Notes: a model not told the origin generated them from the letters alone. A DNA stretch of 64,000 bases from an uncultured virus (IMG/VR IMGVR_UViG_3300037067_004637) (IMGVR_UViG_3300037067_004637); one strand, 5' to 3'; shown: positions 52,148 to 61,520, counted from the stretch's first letter. Made by a program: numbers and translations.

Positions 52148-52155
52148 TATATTTG
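52148..52155 (+). promoter_or_regulatory. Bacteroidota primary-sigma -7 box TAnnTTTG (representative site)
   Basis: Also at 19674 and 29460 (+), and 7275, 11147, 24682, 41473 and 41796 (-), each just upstream of a transcription unit. Confidence 0.65.
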
Positions 52156-52599
52156 TTTTTTTTATTATATTATGAGTAAATTAAAAATAGGAGATAAAGT
52201 AATTTGTATGAATAGTTCATATTCTTCATTTATAACTATTAATAAAATTTATATTATAATAGGTTTAAATTATGATAATAATTATATATCAATTAAAAAT
52301 GATTATAATAATAATGTTATATGTAAATCATCAAAATTTATATCTTTAAAAGAATTTAGAAAATTAAAGTTAAATAATAATCTTAAAAATGAGTAAATTT
52401 AAAATAGGAGATAATGTTGTTTGTATAGATAATAGTAATGATATGTTTATAAAAAAATATGAAATTTATACTGTTACAGACATTAATAATGTAAATGTAA
52501 ATTTTATTGAAATTGATAATTATAAAAAATGTCATTATTTTTTCGATAGATTTATTTCATTAAAAGAATATAGAAAACAAAAAATAAATGATATATTTA

Positions 52600-52770
52600 A
52601 TGAAAAAGGGTGATATTGTAATTTGTATTGATAATGGTGGTTTAAATTTATCATTAGGAAAAAATATAAAATTGAAGCGATTAATATATCAAAGGAATTT
52701 TATTATATAAATGGAAATTATTATAGTATAGAAAGATTTATATCATTGAAAGAAGCAAAAAAATATATGA
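52600..52770 (+). pseudogene. Frameshifted KOW-family paralogue
   Basis: MKKGDIVICIDNGGLNLSLG, then a shift at the A6 tract near 52659-52664; the -1 frame continues KYKIEAINISKEFYYINGNYYSIERFISLKEA. Confidence 0.6.
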
Positions 52771-52802
52771 AGAAAAAATATATGAAGAAAAAATATATGA
52801 AG
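52758..52802 (+). repeat. 15-bp tandem repeat x3
   Basis: aaaaaatatatgaag three times (KKYMK). Confidence 0.9.
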
Positions 52803-53442
52803 AAATTTAAAAAAGGAGATAAAATTTATTGTATAGAAGGTAATGACATTAGACCTATACACCCTAAGATAATTACTCATAAAATATATACTTTTATTGA
52901 ATATTTTAGTACAAGTTCAAATTTAATAAAAATTGAAGAATGTGATGAAATAGTAAATTTAAATCGTTTTATATCATTGAAAGAAGCAAGAAAATTGAAA
53001 ATACAAAAAATAAATGAAGAAATTTAAAGTTGGTGATAAAGTAGTTTGTATTAATAATTATGATAATTATTTTTTAAAATTAAATAATATTTATACTATT
53101 ATTAGTAATGATAATGGTATTATGGTTGATACTCATGATAAAATTTATTGTTGGCCTAATAGATTTATACTATTAAAAGAATATAGAAAGCAAAAATTAG
53201 ATAAAATATTTGAAAATGAAAAAATTTAAATTTAATGATAAAGTAGTTTGTATTTTAGAAAATTGTGAAAATTTAACAAAATATAAAATTTATATTGTAG
53301 AATCTGGAAATATTTTTGATAATTTTATAAATATTAGAAATGATATTAATAGTTTATATAAAATTAATGAGAAATTTTTTATATCTTTGAATGAATTTAG
53401 AAAATTTAAATTAAACAAAATTAAAAAAAAATATATAAATTT

Positions 53443-53901
53443 ATGGTTGAAATTTTAAAAATAGAAAAACAAGATATACCAGAAATTTTAGATTTAGCTG
53501 ATGATATATTTAAAGGTCAGTTGGAAGATAATAAATCATATATAATGAGTGCAACTAACTGGAATATTTCTGTTAAATTAGTAAAAGACGATGAAATAAT
53601 AGGATTTTATTTATTTAATAATGTTAATATCATTAAAGATTTACCTAAAAAATATGAAAATTTATTTAATCATAAATTTGGAATAGAAGTCGTAGCATTA
53701 GGTATAAAACCAGAATATAGAGGTAATAAATATGGTCAAATGTTAATTGATTATCCAGTAAAAACTTTTAGTAATTATTTTGATTATTATTGGGGATGGG
53801 TGTTACATACCTTAAATAATTTAAAATATTGGAATAAAAGAACAAATATTATTAGATATTCTAAAGATGAAAGTATAATTTTTTATTTTTTTAATAAATA
53901 A
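53443..53901 (+). CDS. GNAT acetyltransferase
   Basis: IIGFYL, ALGIKPEYRGNKYGQMLI (motif A), N...W. Confidence 0.75.
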   Translation: MVEILKIEKQDIPEILDLADDIFKGQLEDNKSYIMSATNWNISVKLVKDDEIIGFYLFNNVNIIKDLPKKYENLFNHKFGIEVVALGIKPEYRGNKYGQMLIDYPVKTFSNYFDYYWGWVLHTLNNLKYWNKRTNIIRYSKDESIIFYFFNK

Positions 53902-54632
53902 ATGAATAATTTTAAAATTGGTGATAAAGTAGTATTTATTAATAATAATGCAACATTAATAAATTTAATATCTATTACTATTGATTTTAATCTAATATTA
54001 GGTAAAACTTACACCGTTACAGATATATTATTTAATAAAATTGATGTTAATAATAGAAGGTATTTTATTTATTCAGAAAGATTTATTTTATTATCAGAAT
54101 ATAGAAAAAGAAAATTAAATAAAATATTTTAAAATGAGTAAATTTAAAGTTGGTGATAAAATTGTTTGTGTTAATAATTTAAGTTTTGAATGTTTTAATT
54201 TAGAATTTATGTTAGAATTATATAATATTTATACTGTTTCATCTATTTTAAAACCTAATTTTTTATTAATTGAAGAAACAAATATTATTTTTAAAGATGA
54301 TAGATTTATATCTTTAAAAGAATTCAGAAAACAAAAATTAAATAAAATATTTGAAAATGAGTAAATTTAAAATAGGTGATAAAATTGTTTGTTTTAATGA
54401 TTCTTTTGGTACATCTAAGAATCAATATTTAGAAAAATATAAAATATATACCGTTAATAAAATTCAACTTAAATTATTATGTGTAGAAGAAATAAAAAAT
54501 GAATATTTTTCTGAAAAAAGATTTATAAGTTTAAAAGATTATAGACTTAGAAAAATAAAAAATATTTTAAAATAATTTTAAAAATTATATATTTGTAAAA
54601 ACTTTAGTAATTTTTTAATATATAATATTAAT

Positions 54633-55037
54633 ATGGAAACTAGATTCATAAAATATATTGACTATAAATATTCTAATAAAATTTTAGAATTTTATAATGA
54701 ACCATTATCTGAACAAGAATTAATAGAAATGGCTAACGCTAGTTATAAAGTAACTGGAATTCCTAATGTTGTATTATGGATAGGCCCAAATCCAAATTCT
54801 CATGGTATGAGAATAAAAGTTAGTAATATTCCAAATAAATTTGATGGTGGTGATTGTTTTACATTAACTATTCCAGATTTTAAAATTGTCGGTGTTATAA
54901 ATAAAAAATTTATAACTAATATTATTCTTAATAAAATAAAAGAATTTGTTGAATTAAATATGGAAAATATAGTTAAATATTCTAATTATGAAATTGAAAC
55001 ATACGATTTTATTAATAATTTGAAAAAAGTTAAATAA
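54633..55037 (+). CDS. Hypothetical protein with leader ending LIE-MA
   Basis: LIEMAN...TG...V.WIG...HG.RIKV; TAATATATA upstream. Confidence 0.6.
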   Translation: METRFIKYIDYKYSNKILEFYNEPLSEQELIEMANASYKVTGIPNVVLWIGPNPNSHGMRIKVSNIPNKFDGGDCFTLTIPDFKIVGVINKKFITNIILNKIKEFVELNMENIVKYSNYEIETYDFINNLKKVK

Positions 55038-55318
55038 AATATTTGAAAATGAAGAAATTTAAAGTTGGTGATAAAGTAGTTTGTATTGATAATTCTTATG
55101 GTGGAAAACCTTATGAACCATATACTGAAAAATATAAAGTATATACTATAAGTAAAGTATCAGTATATTCATATATATTAATGTTAGAAGAAATACCTGA
55201 ACGATTTATTTCAGTAAAAAGATTTATAAGTTTAAAAGAATTTAGACTTAGAAAAATAAATAAATTTTTTAAATAATATTTTTTGCTTAATAATTTGAAA
55301 AAAGTTAAATAATATTTT

Positions 55319-55486
55319 TTATTTTAAATTACATTCTGAATATAATTTTGATAACCATTTGTTTCTAACACATGAAACATAAGCACCTTTACTTTTTAAT
55401 CTGAAATCTTTTATATTAGTATATTTTAATGCTTCTTCTTTACATTTTTCATAAGTCCAATAATTAGCAGGTTTTCTTTTTTTCAT
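55319..55486 (-). CDS. Single-module mini-protein resembling homing-endonuclease DNA-binding repeats (55 aa)
   Basis: Manual translation MKKRKPANYWTYEKCKEEALKYTNIKDFRLKSKGAYVSCVRNKWL... Confidence 0.5.
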   Translation of the reverse strand: MKKRKPANYWTYEKCKEEALKYTNIKDFRLKSKGAYVSCVRNKWLSKLYSECNLK

Positions 55487-55584
55487 AAAAATATTTTAAA
55501 TTTTTAATATATAAGTAATATATTCTAATTTGATACCTATATAAAATTATATATAAAGAAAATTAAAAAAAGTTTAAATATACT

Positions 55585-58500
55585 ATGAGTACAACAAATC
55601 AAAAAAATTCATTTGTTTCAATAGCTGAACAAGTTGCATTATTAAGTAAGAATTCAATCGAAACTTTATCAAAACTCAATGATATAGTTTCTTCACAAGC
55701 TTCAGCAGTCAGTATCAAATATATAGATGAGAATGGTGTTGAATCATTCTATTCATTACCAACAACTGGATATTTAAAAAAGGAAATAGACCTTGCTAAT
55801 ACTAATATTAAAAGATTATCAACTTTTCAAGATAAAAGTACTTATATTATTGATGGTGAATCAACTAAAAAATTATATCAAATAGATTTAAATAGAGAAC
55901 CTGAACAAATAGGTACTATTAATAATGTATCTCAATTTATTCCTGTTAATAACTGGTTTTTTGAAAGTCTTTCATCACCATTATTAACTGTTGAATTAGA
56001 TTTAACAGATTTGATAGAGGATGATGTTACCAAAATTCTTTCAAGAAGGTATGTAGTTAATTTTACAAGAGATTCAGAAGGTAATTTAACACAAAAAGGT
56101 TTAGACTCATTAAATGATTTCAAATCTAAATTCTTAAATAGAAATGATGTTGATATTAATGAATTTGTTTCTTGGATGAATAATTCAACAAACACTGGTG
56201 TTGTAGGTAATAATAATCCAGAAGCACAAGTTTATGACGAACAAATTTTTACTTTTGAATATAATCAATTAGCAGATTATGGTGTTTTTTCAGTTTTAAA
56301 ACAAGAGGTGGACTCATTGAATAAAAAATTGTGGTATCATGTTAACACTATAACATATTTTGATAATACAGGAAAATCAAAAACATTAAGTGTTGGAGAT
56401 CAATTAATATTAAATAAAACTAATTCAACGACAAGATATGTTATACATGAAGTTAACACATCTGCTTCAAATTATAGATTATTACTTGAAAGAGTTGAAG
56501 GTTATGATCCTGTTCCAACTTCTATAAATGCTTTAAAATATTATAGTGGTGTCAAATTAGATAAAAAAGTAAAAATATCTATTGGTTTTGATGAATATAA
56601 TGTTGTATTTTTAAAATCTATAAATGGTTCTAACAATATAATAAGTACGTTATGGAGCAAAGGTCTTACTTTCTATTCTAATGATTTAAAATTAGCATCT
56701 GATTCAACAGTGAATTTATCTACCTATTATTTAGATGCTGTTTTTGATTATGGTGCTTTATTAAAAGATTTAATAAAAAAGAATATTCCAAGTGATGTTG
56801 GTTTAACTCCAAATGTACCAGTTTTAGATTCTGATAATTTTAAGGTAGTCCAAATCAATAAGCATATAACTGATACATCAGATACACAAAAACTGAGAGA
56901 TTTACATTCACAAAAAAATTCTGTTAAAACACAAGTAGATCAATTAAATGAATCTATATCATTAAAACAAAAAGAATTACAAAGAAAACAATATAAAACT
57001 GTAGCTGAAAGGTCACAAGCTGAAAATGAATTAACAAAATTAAATGCTCAGTTGGATAATGCTTCTAAACTTTTAAATTCTATTACAACACAGATTACAA
57101 GTTCTAATATTGATACAACAGCTTCACCAAAATATGCTATTAGAGGTTTTTGGGAATTTCCAGAATCAAGAAAAGTAGATGGTTATAGAGATCAAGAAGT
57201 TGTTCAATTTAAAATACAATATAGATATAGTAGTAAAAGTGGTACTGAAAACACAACAGAAGGATATCAATTAAAATCAACTAATAGTAATACTACACAA
57301 ACTGCTTATTATTCAAATTGGGTTCAGGTTTTATCTGATGCAAGACAACGTTATTATGATGAAACAACACAAGAATGGTTATGGAAAATTGAAGATGTTA
57401 GTGATGCAGACACACCTAATATTAATCAATTAAATATATCTATTACTAAAGGTGAAAAAGTTGAAATTAGAGTTAAATCTATTTCAGAAGTTGGTTGGCC
57501 TACATCAAATATAGAAAGTGAATGGTCAGATACTTTAACTGTCGAATTTCCAGATGAACTTGGTTCTATATTAGATAGTAATGACTTTATATTACAAGAA
57601 GCTACTAATGATTCTTTGAAAATTGAATTTGAAGGTACTCTTGATTCAAAAGGTTATACACAACACGTTTCAGAATCTTTTACAGCTAACCAAACATATT
57701 TTGCTCATAAAGATACAAGTATACAAACAAGTTTTGTTGATGAAAACTTAAATTCTTTATCATTATATGATTATCTGAAAAAAATTACTGATAAAATTAA
57801 TTCATTAGAAGAAATTGTAGCTAAAGCAAATGGTATATTACAGGTTTTGGTTTATAATAATGATGATTATGTAGAAGTTAGTAATGGTGCAACTATACAA
57901 TATAGTTTAAATATTGAAAGTTATGCTACACCATCAGGTACAAGCAGATCATATTTGAATAATATTTATTTAATCGGTGACTATTTCATTAAAATAAATA
58001 ATTTAGCTACTAATAATAGTTTAGGTTTATTATCTGATAGATTATATCAATCTGGTGGTACAAATAGTTTTCGTATGACAGATAACCTACCACCTATTGT
58101 TGATAATAATAATAATTGTATAAAACAAAAAGATAATCAGTATATTTGGGTTTCAGATTTTGATAATAACACAAATATATATGATAATACTGGTATACCA
58201 CTTAATGGTAATGGCGATACTGTTATTGCTAGTGCTTTAAGTGGTGATACAAAAAATGTTGGTTTACCTGATGGATATCTTGGTGGTACTGGTTCATTAA
58301 ATAGTTATTTTAATTTAATAGATAATGTTAATTGGAAAAGTTTTTCATCATTATCTTTTTTATCTACTGTTCATTTGAGTATATCAGATATTAATAGCTT
58401 AGTTGAATCAGGTCAAGAAAAAATAAAGTACATATTACCAAATCAAAATATAACACTACCTATAAATATATATAGTAAGCTTGTTGGTAATGATTTTGAT

Positions 58501-58638
58501 GTTGTTACATATACTAGTTCTTCCACAATAAGAACACACACCAAAAAATTAAAGATTTTCATTGAAACTAATAATTTGAATAGACCATTTGAATTTTGTC
58601 TTGTTTTTAATATATCAAATATTAAGAAAGTTAATTAA
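55585..58638 (+). CDS. Large virion structural protein with central coiled coil
   Basis: 1017 aa, S/T/N-rich; FN3-like VEIRVKSISEVGWP....SEWS segment. Confidence 0.6.
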   Translation: MSTTNQKNSFVSIAEQVALLSKNSIETLSKLNDIVSSQASAVSIKYIDENGVESFYSLPTTGYLKKEIDLANTNIKRLSTFQDKSTYIIDGESTKKLYQIDLNREPEQIGTINNVSQFIPVNNWFFESLSSPLLTVELDLTDLIEDDVTKILSRRYVVNFTRDSEGNLTQKGLDSLNDFKSKFLNRNDVDINEFVSWMNNSTNTGVVGNNNPEAQVYDEQIFTFEYNQLADYGVFSVLKQEVDSLNKKLWYHVNTITYFDNTGKSKTLSVGDQLILNKTNSTTRYVIHEVNTSASNYRLLLERVEGYDPVPTSINALKYYSGVKLDKKVKISIGFDEYNVVFLKSINGSNNIISTLWSKGLTFYSNDLKLASDSTVNLSTYYLDAVFDYGALLKDLIKKNIPSDVGLTPNVPVLDSDNFKVVQINKHITDTSDTQKLRDLHSQKNSVKTQVDQLNESISLKQKELQRKQYKTVAERSQAENELTKLNAQLDNASKLLNSITTQITSSNIDTTASPKYAIRGFWEFPESRKVDGYRDQEVVQFKIQYRYSSKSGTENTTEGYQLKSTNSNTTQTAYYSNWVQVLSDARQRYYDETTQEWLWKIEDVSDADTPNINQLNISITKGEKVEIRVKSISEVGWPTSNIESEWSDTLTVEFPDELGSILDSNDFILQEATNDSLKIEFEGTLDSKGYTQHVSESFTANQTYFAHKDTSIQTSFVDENLNSLSLYDYLKKITDKINSLEEIVAKANGILQVLVYNNDDYVEVSNGATIQYSLNIESYATPSGTSRSYLNNIYLIGDYFIKINNLATNNSLGLLSDRLYQSGGTNSFRMTDNLPPIVDNNNNCIKQKDNQYIWVSDFDNNTNIYDNTGIPLNGNGDTVIASALSGDTKNVGLPDGYLGGTGSLNSYFNLIDNVNWKSFSSLSFLSTVHLSISDINSLVESGQEKIKYILPNQNITLPINIYSKLVGNDFDVVTYTSSSTIRTHTKKLKIFIETNNLNRPFEFCLVFNISNIKKVN

Positions 58639-58741
58639 TTTTTAATATAAATCATTAATTTTTAATATTTTTCATAAAAAATTTTTTTTATTGGTGTAAC
58701 TTTTGTAACTTTGTTCCGTTAAACCAATAAAAAACAATAAT

Positions 58742-60187
58742 ATGAAAACATTAAAAAATTATTTTCTGATCGCACTTGTGGCTTTTTCAGTAGTTTTCAC
58801 TTCATGTGAAAAAGATGAATCTACTCCTGATACACCTGTTAACCCACCTGTTGTTGTTGATCCTGTTGATCCTGTTGGTAATCTTCGTACTTATGTAAAT
58901 GAATTCACTTTTGATAGTGTTAAGAAGATGGTTCTGTTCCCTGTTGATGAATATGAGGTAGATAGTATCTATCTTATTCAGAGTGATAATGATACCATTT
59001 TCGTGAAACCTTTAGCTACTACTCAAAAGATTACCTTGAAAAGTGGTTCAAATCTTTGGAAGTTCACTGAAATTACCAATGTAGAAAAGATGTCAACTCA
59101 GTTGAAGTCTACAAGTTCAACAGATGATACTTATGTTATGAGTGGTGATTTCATTACCGCTACAAATGATGAAGTTTCTACTGTTTCTGTAAAGGTTAAT
59201 AGTAATGGAACTTCAACTGTTGAAAGTTTTGATGGTGTTCAGTTGGATGAATATATGAATGGTAATTATGTAATGAGTCCTGATAATAAGGTTAATTATA
59301 CCGAAGATTTTAGGGTAAAATCTGTTACTTTCACAACTAATCCTAATTCATTCAGTAGTGGTGTTGTAAATTTGAATAAAGCAGAATTTGAAAGTCTTAT
59401 TATTGCTAATAATGTTGCAATTAATAATACTCATCATACTGAAATAATGAATTCATCAAATATAAGTGAATTACAATCAACAAGATTTTTTCATAATAGT
59501 GTTGGTGCTGTTTATGCAATAGTAGCATTTAAAAATCCAACTGATGGATATAAGGAGGTTTTTTTCATGATACAGATTAATATTTCAGGTTCTAATGTAA
59601 CTCCTGTATTCTTACACACAGTTCTGAATTATGCTGATTATTTCGCACATTCTAATCTTCAGCCTGAAAATATTAATAATACTGAATTTGTTAATTCAAA
59701 TCTTGTGATGGGTTATAATTATGAAGGTAGTTTAACAGAAACAACCCCAGGATATAGATTTTACCCGAATTTTGTAACCTATAATAAGGCTAATAATACA
59801 ATTAATATTATAAGATTTCATATTGATCAAAGTTCAAAATATGAACCTAACAGATTGAAGATTGAAAAGTATATGGTATTTGGAAATTATATGTATGTTT
59901 TTATTCATTCTGAATTTCCTACTGATGCTGTATATTTTACTGATAGAATTCTGAAAATTGAACTGAGTTCATTAACAAATGACAATCTTTTGATTGAATT
60001 TGATCTTTATCAAAATAATAATTGGAAACTCTTTGATGGAACTGTATCATCAATCACAACTTCACCCGATAAGAGTTATGTTATTATGAACACATCTGAT
60101 GGTTATAAGAAGTTGACTCAGAGTGGTGAACTTACCAACTATGTTGTAACTGATGTTGTTGATATTAATGGTGCTGTCACTTTCTAA
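58742..60187 (+). CDS. Surface lipoprotein (Bacteroidota type)
   Basis: Lipobox VFTS-C followed by EKDE; Pro/Val/Asp linker; LKS motifs; own terminator. Confidence 0.8.
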   Translation: MKTLKNYFLIALVAFSVVFTSCEKDESTPDTPVNPPVVVDPVDPVGNLRTYVNEFTFDSVKKMVLFPVDEYEVDSIYLIQSDNDTIFVKPLATTQKITLKSGSNLWKFTEITNVEKMSTQLKSTSSTDDTYVMSGDFITATNDEVSTVSVKVNSNGTSTVESFDGVQLDEYMNGNYVMSPDNKVNYTEDFRVKSVTFTTNPNSFSSGVVNLNKAEFESLIIANNVAINNTHHTEIMNSSNISELQSTRFFHNSVGAVYAIVAFKNPTDGYKEVFFMIQINISGSNVTPVFLHTVLNYADYFAHSNLQPENINNTEFVNSNLVMGYNYEGSLTETTPGYRFYPNFVTYNKANNTINIIRFHIDQSSKYEPNRLKIEKYMVFGNYMYVFIHSEFPTDAVYFTDRILKIELSSLTNDNLLIEFDLYQNNNWKLFDGTVSSITTSPDKSYVIMNTSDGYKKLTQSGELTNYVVTDVVDINGAVTF

Positions 60188-60207
60188 TAATTAATAAACT
60201 AAATAAT

Positions 60208-60238
60208 AAAACCCACTCCAAAAAAGTGGGTTTTTTTT
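60208..60238 (+). terminator. Intrinsic terminator
   Basis: aaaacccact-ccaaaaa-agtgggtttttttt. Confidence 0.8.
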
Positions 60239-60325
60239 GTTTAATTAAAATAAAATATTATATTTATGTTCTTATAATAAACAAAACATCATATTTTATA
60301 TATAATAATAAATTAAAAATATATT

Positions 60326-60817
60326 ATGAAACATCTAAAATATCACGATGATATTATGATTGAAAAATTAGTATCATATTTAGATAGTGATATAAAAATA
60401 TCATTCATAGATAATCATATCAATACTGATATGTTGATTGAAATGGTATCTATTAATGGTAATGAAATACCTTATGATGTTTGCGTTTTTGGTGGTAATA
60501 GTTATGGTGGTGGTAGAAATGAACATGGTGAACCACATTTTCATTTTTCAGATAATATTAATAATTATCAAAAATTTAAATTAAGTATAATAATTCCAAA
60601 ACTTACAGAATGGAATAATATAAAAGATTTAAAAATTATAGAAAAAGATAGTTCTCAAAAAGATTGGTTAGGATTAAGAAAAGAAAAAAAACTTCTAATT
60701 GAATGGTTGGATAAATCAAATTATTTAGTTCCTTCATTAACAAATTATCAATTAATAAAAGTACAATGGAATATTTTAAATAAAGATAATAAAAATGTTC
60801 GAAAGATATTAGATTGA
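60326..60817 (+). CDS. DUF4160-like protein with CTS-like leader
   Basis: NEHGEPHFH motif; leader MKHLKYHDD...LIEM. Confidence 0.55.
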   Translation: MKHLKYHDDIMIEKLVSYLDSDIKISFIDNHINTDMLIEMVSINGNEIPYDVCVFGGNSYGGGRNEHGEPHFHFSDNINNYQKFKLSIIIPKLTEWNNIKDLKIIEKDSSQKDWLGLRKEKKLLIEWLDKSNYLVPSLTNYQLIKVQWNILNKDNKNVRKILD

Positions 60818-60826
60818 TAATTATAT

Positions 60827-61519
60827 ATGAAAAATATAATAAAAACATACGAAGAATATACACAATTAATAGAAGAAGGATTAATAAAAACTTTTGATAT
60901 TGATAATGCTTTGTCTATAATTGATACTAATATGAATTCGTGGACAAAAGATTATAATATAGATAAATTAGATAATTCTAAATTTAAAATATTTTTTACT
61001 AATAGTTTTGGTATATTTGAAGTAGTATCACAATTAATTAATAATTTAGGATATTATTGTTCATATATGATATTAAAATATAATAATAGTTATGTATATA
61101 GAGGTAAATTTGATTATGATTTATTATCAAAAAATGAAACTGATGTAGAATCATTTGATTTAACTTTTGAATCAAAATTTGATGAAAAAATAAGTTATAC
61201 ACCAGAATTTCTCTATCATATTTGCAAAAAACAAAATATTGAAAACATAAAAAGAATTGGATTAGTTTTAAAAAGTAAAGGTAGAATAACGTATCATCCA
61301 GATAGAATATATTTTTGCGTTGATTTGGATGATATTGAAATTATTCATAAAAACTTCAAAAAGAATGATATGTTTAATAATCAAAAAAATATTTATTATT
61401 GTTTGAAAATAAAAAATGATAATTATACATTATATAATGATCCTAATTTTTGGAATAAAGGGTGTTATACTTATGATAATATTAATCCGAAAAATATAAT
61501 AGAATATAATAAAATATAA
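60827..61519 (+). CDS. ADP-ribosyltransferase/Tpt1-KptA-like protein, paralogue of 40244-40945
   Basis: MKNIIKTYEEY...EEGLIKT; LYH...I...GL..K...HPDRIYF...LY.DPN...G.YT.DNI.PKNI. Confidence 0.65.
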   Translation: MKNIIKTYEEYTQLIEEGLIKTFDIDNALSIIDTNMNSWTKDYNIDKLDNSKFKIFFTNSFGIFEVVSQLINNLGYYCSYMILKYNNSYVYRGKFDYDLLSKNETDVESFDLTFESKFDEKISYTPEFLYHICKKQNIENIKRIGLVLKSKGRITYHPDRIYFCVDLDDIEIIHKNFKKNDMFNNQKNIYYCLKIKNDNYTLYNDPNFWNKGCYTYDNINPKNIIEYNKI

Positions 61520-61520
61520 T

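Larger units (their letters stand above)
52172..55276 (+). repeat. Tandem array of KOW/SH3-like mini-protein paralogues (52172-52396, 52389-52613, 52746-53027, 53014-53229, 53210-53458, 53902-54132, 54134-54364, 54351-54575, 55043-55276)
   Basis: All read KFK[IV]GDK[IV]VC-(variable)-Y.[IV]-(variable)-RFISLKE[YF]RK.KL.KI; TATATTTG box at 52148-52155. Confidence 0.85.

Noticed and set aside
52172..55276. Diversity-generating retroelement or retron as the source of paralogue diversity
   Set aside because: No reverse transcriptase in the window and no template/variable repeat pair differing only at adenines
8036..60863. Antisense or alternate-frame ORFs in the track (8036, 8915, 16948, 18924, 19690, 28980, 31091, 31607, 34737, 35474, 37720, 37908, 39720, 41234, 51648, 55932, 60636)
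   Set aside because: They overlap better-supported genes or the ncRNA region and have shadow-frame composition with no recognisable motifs
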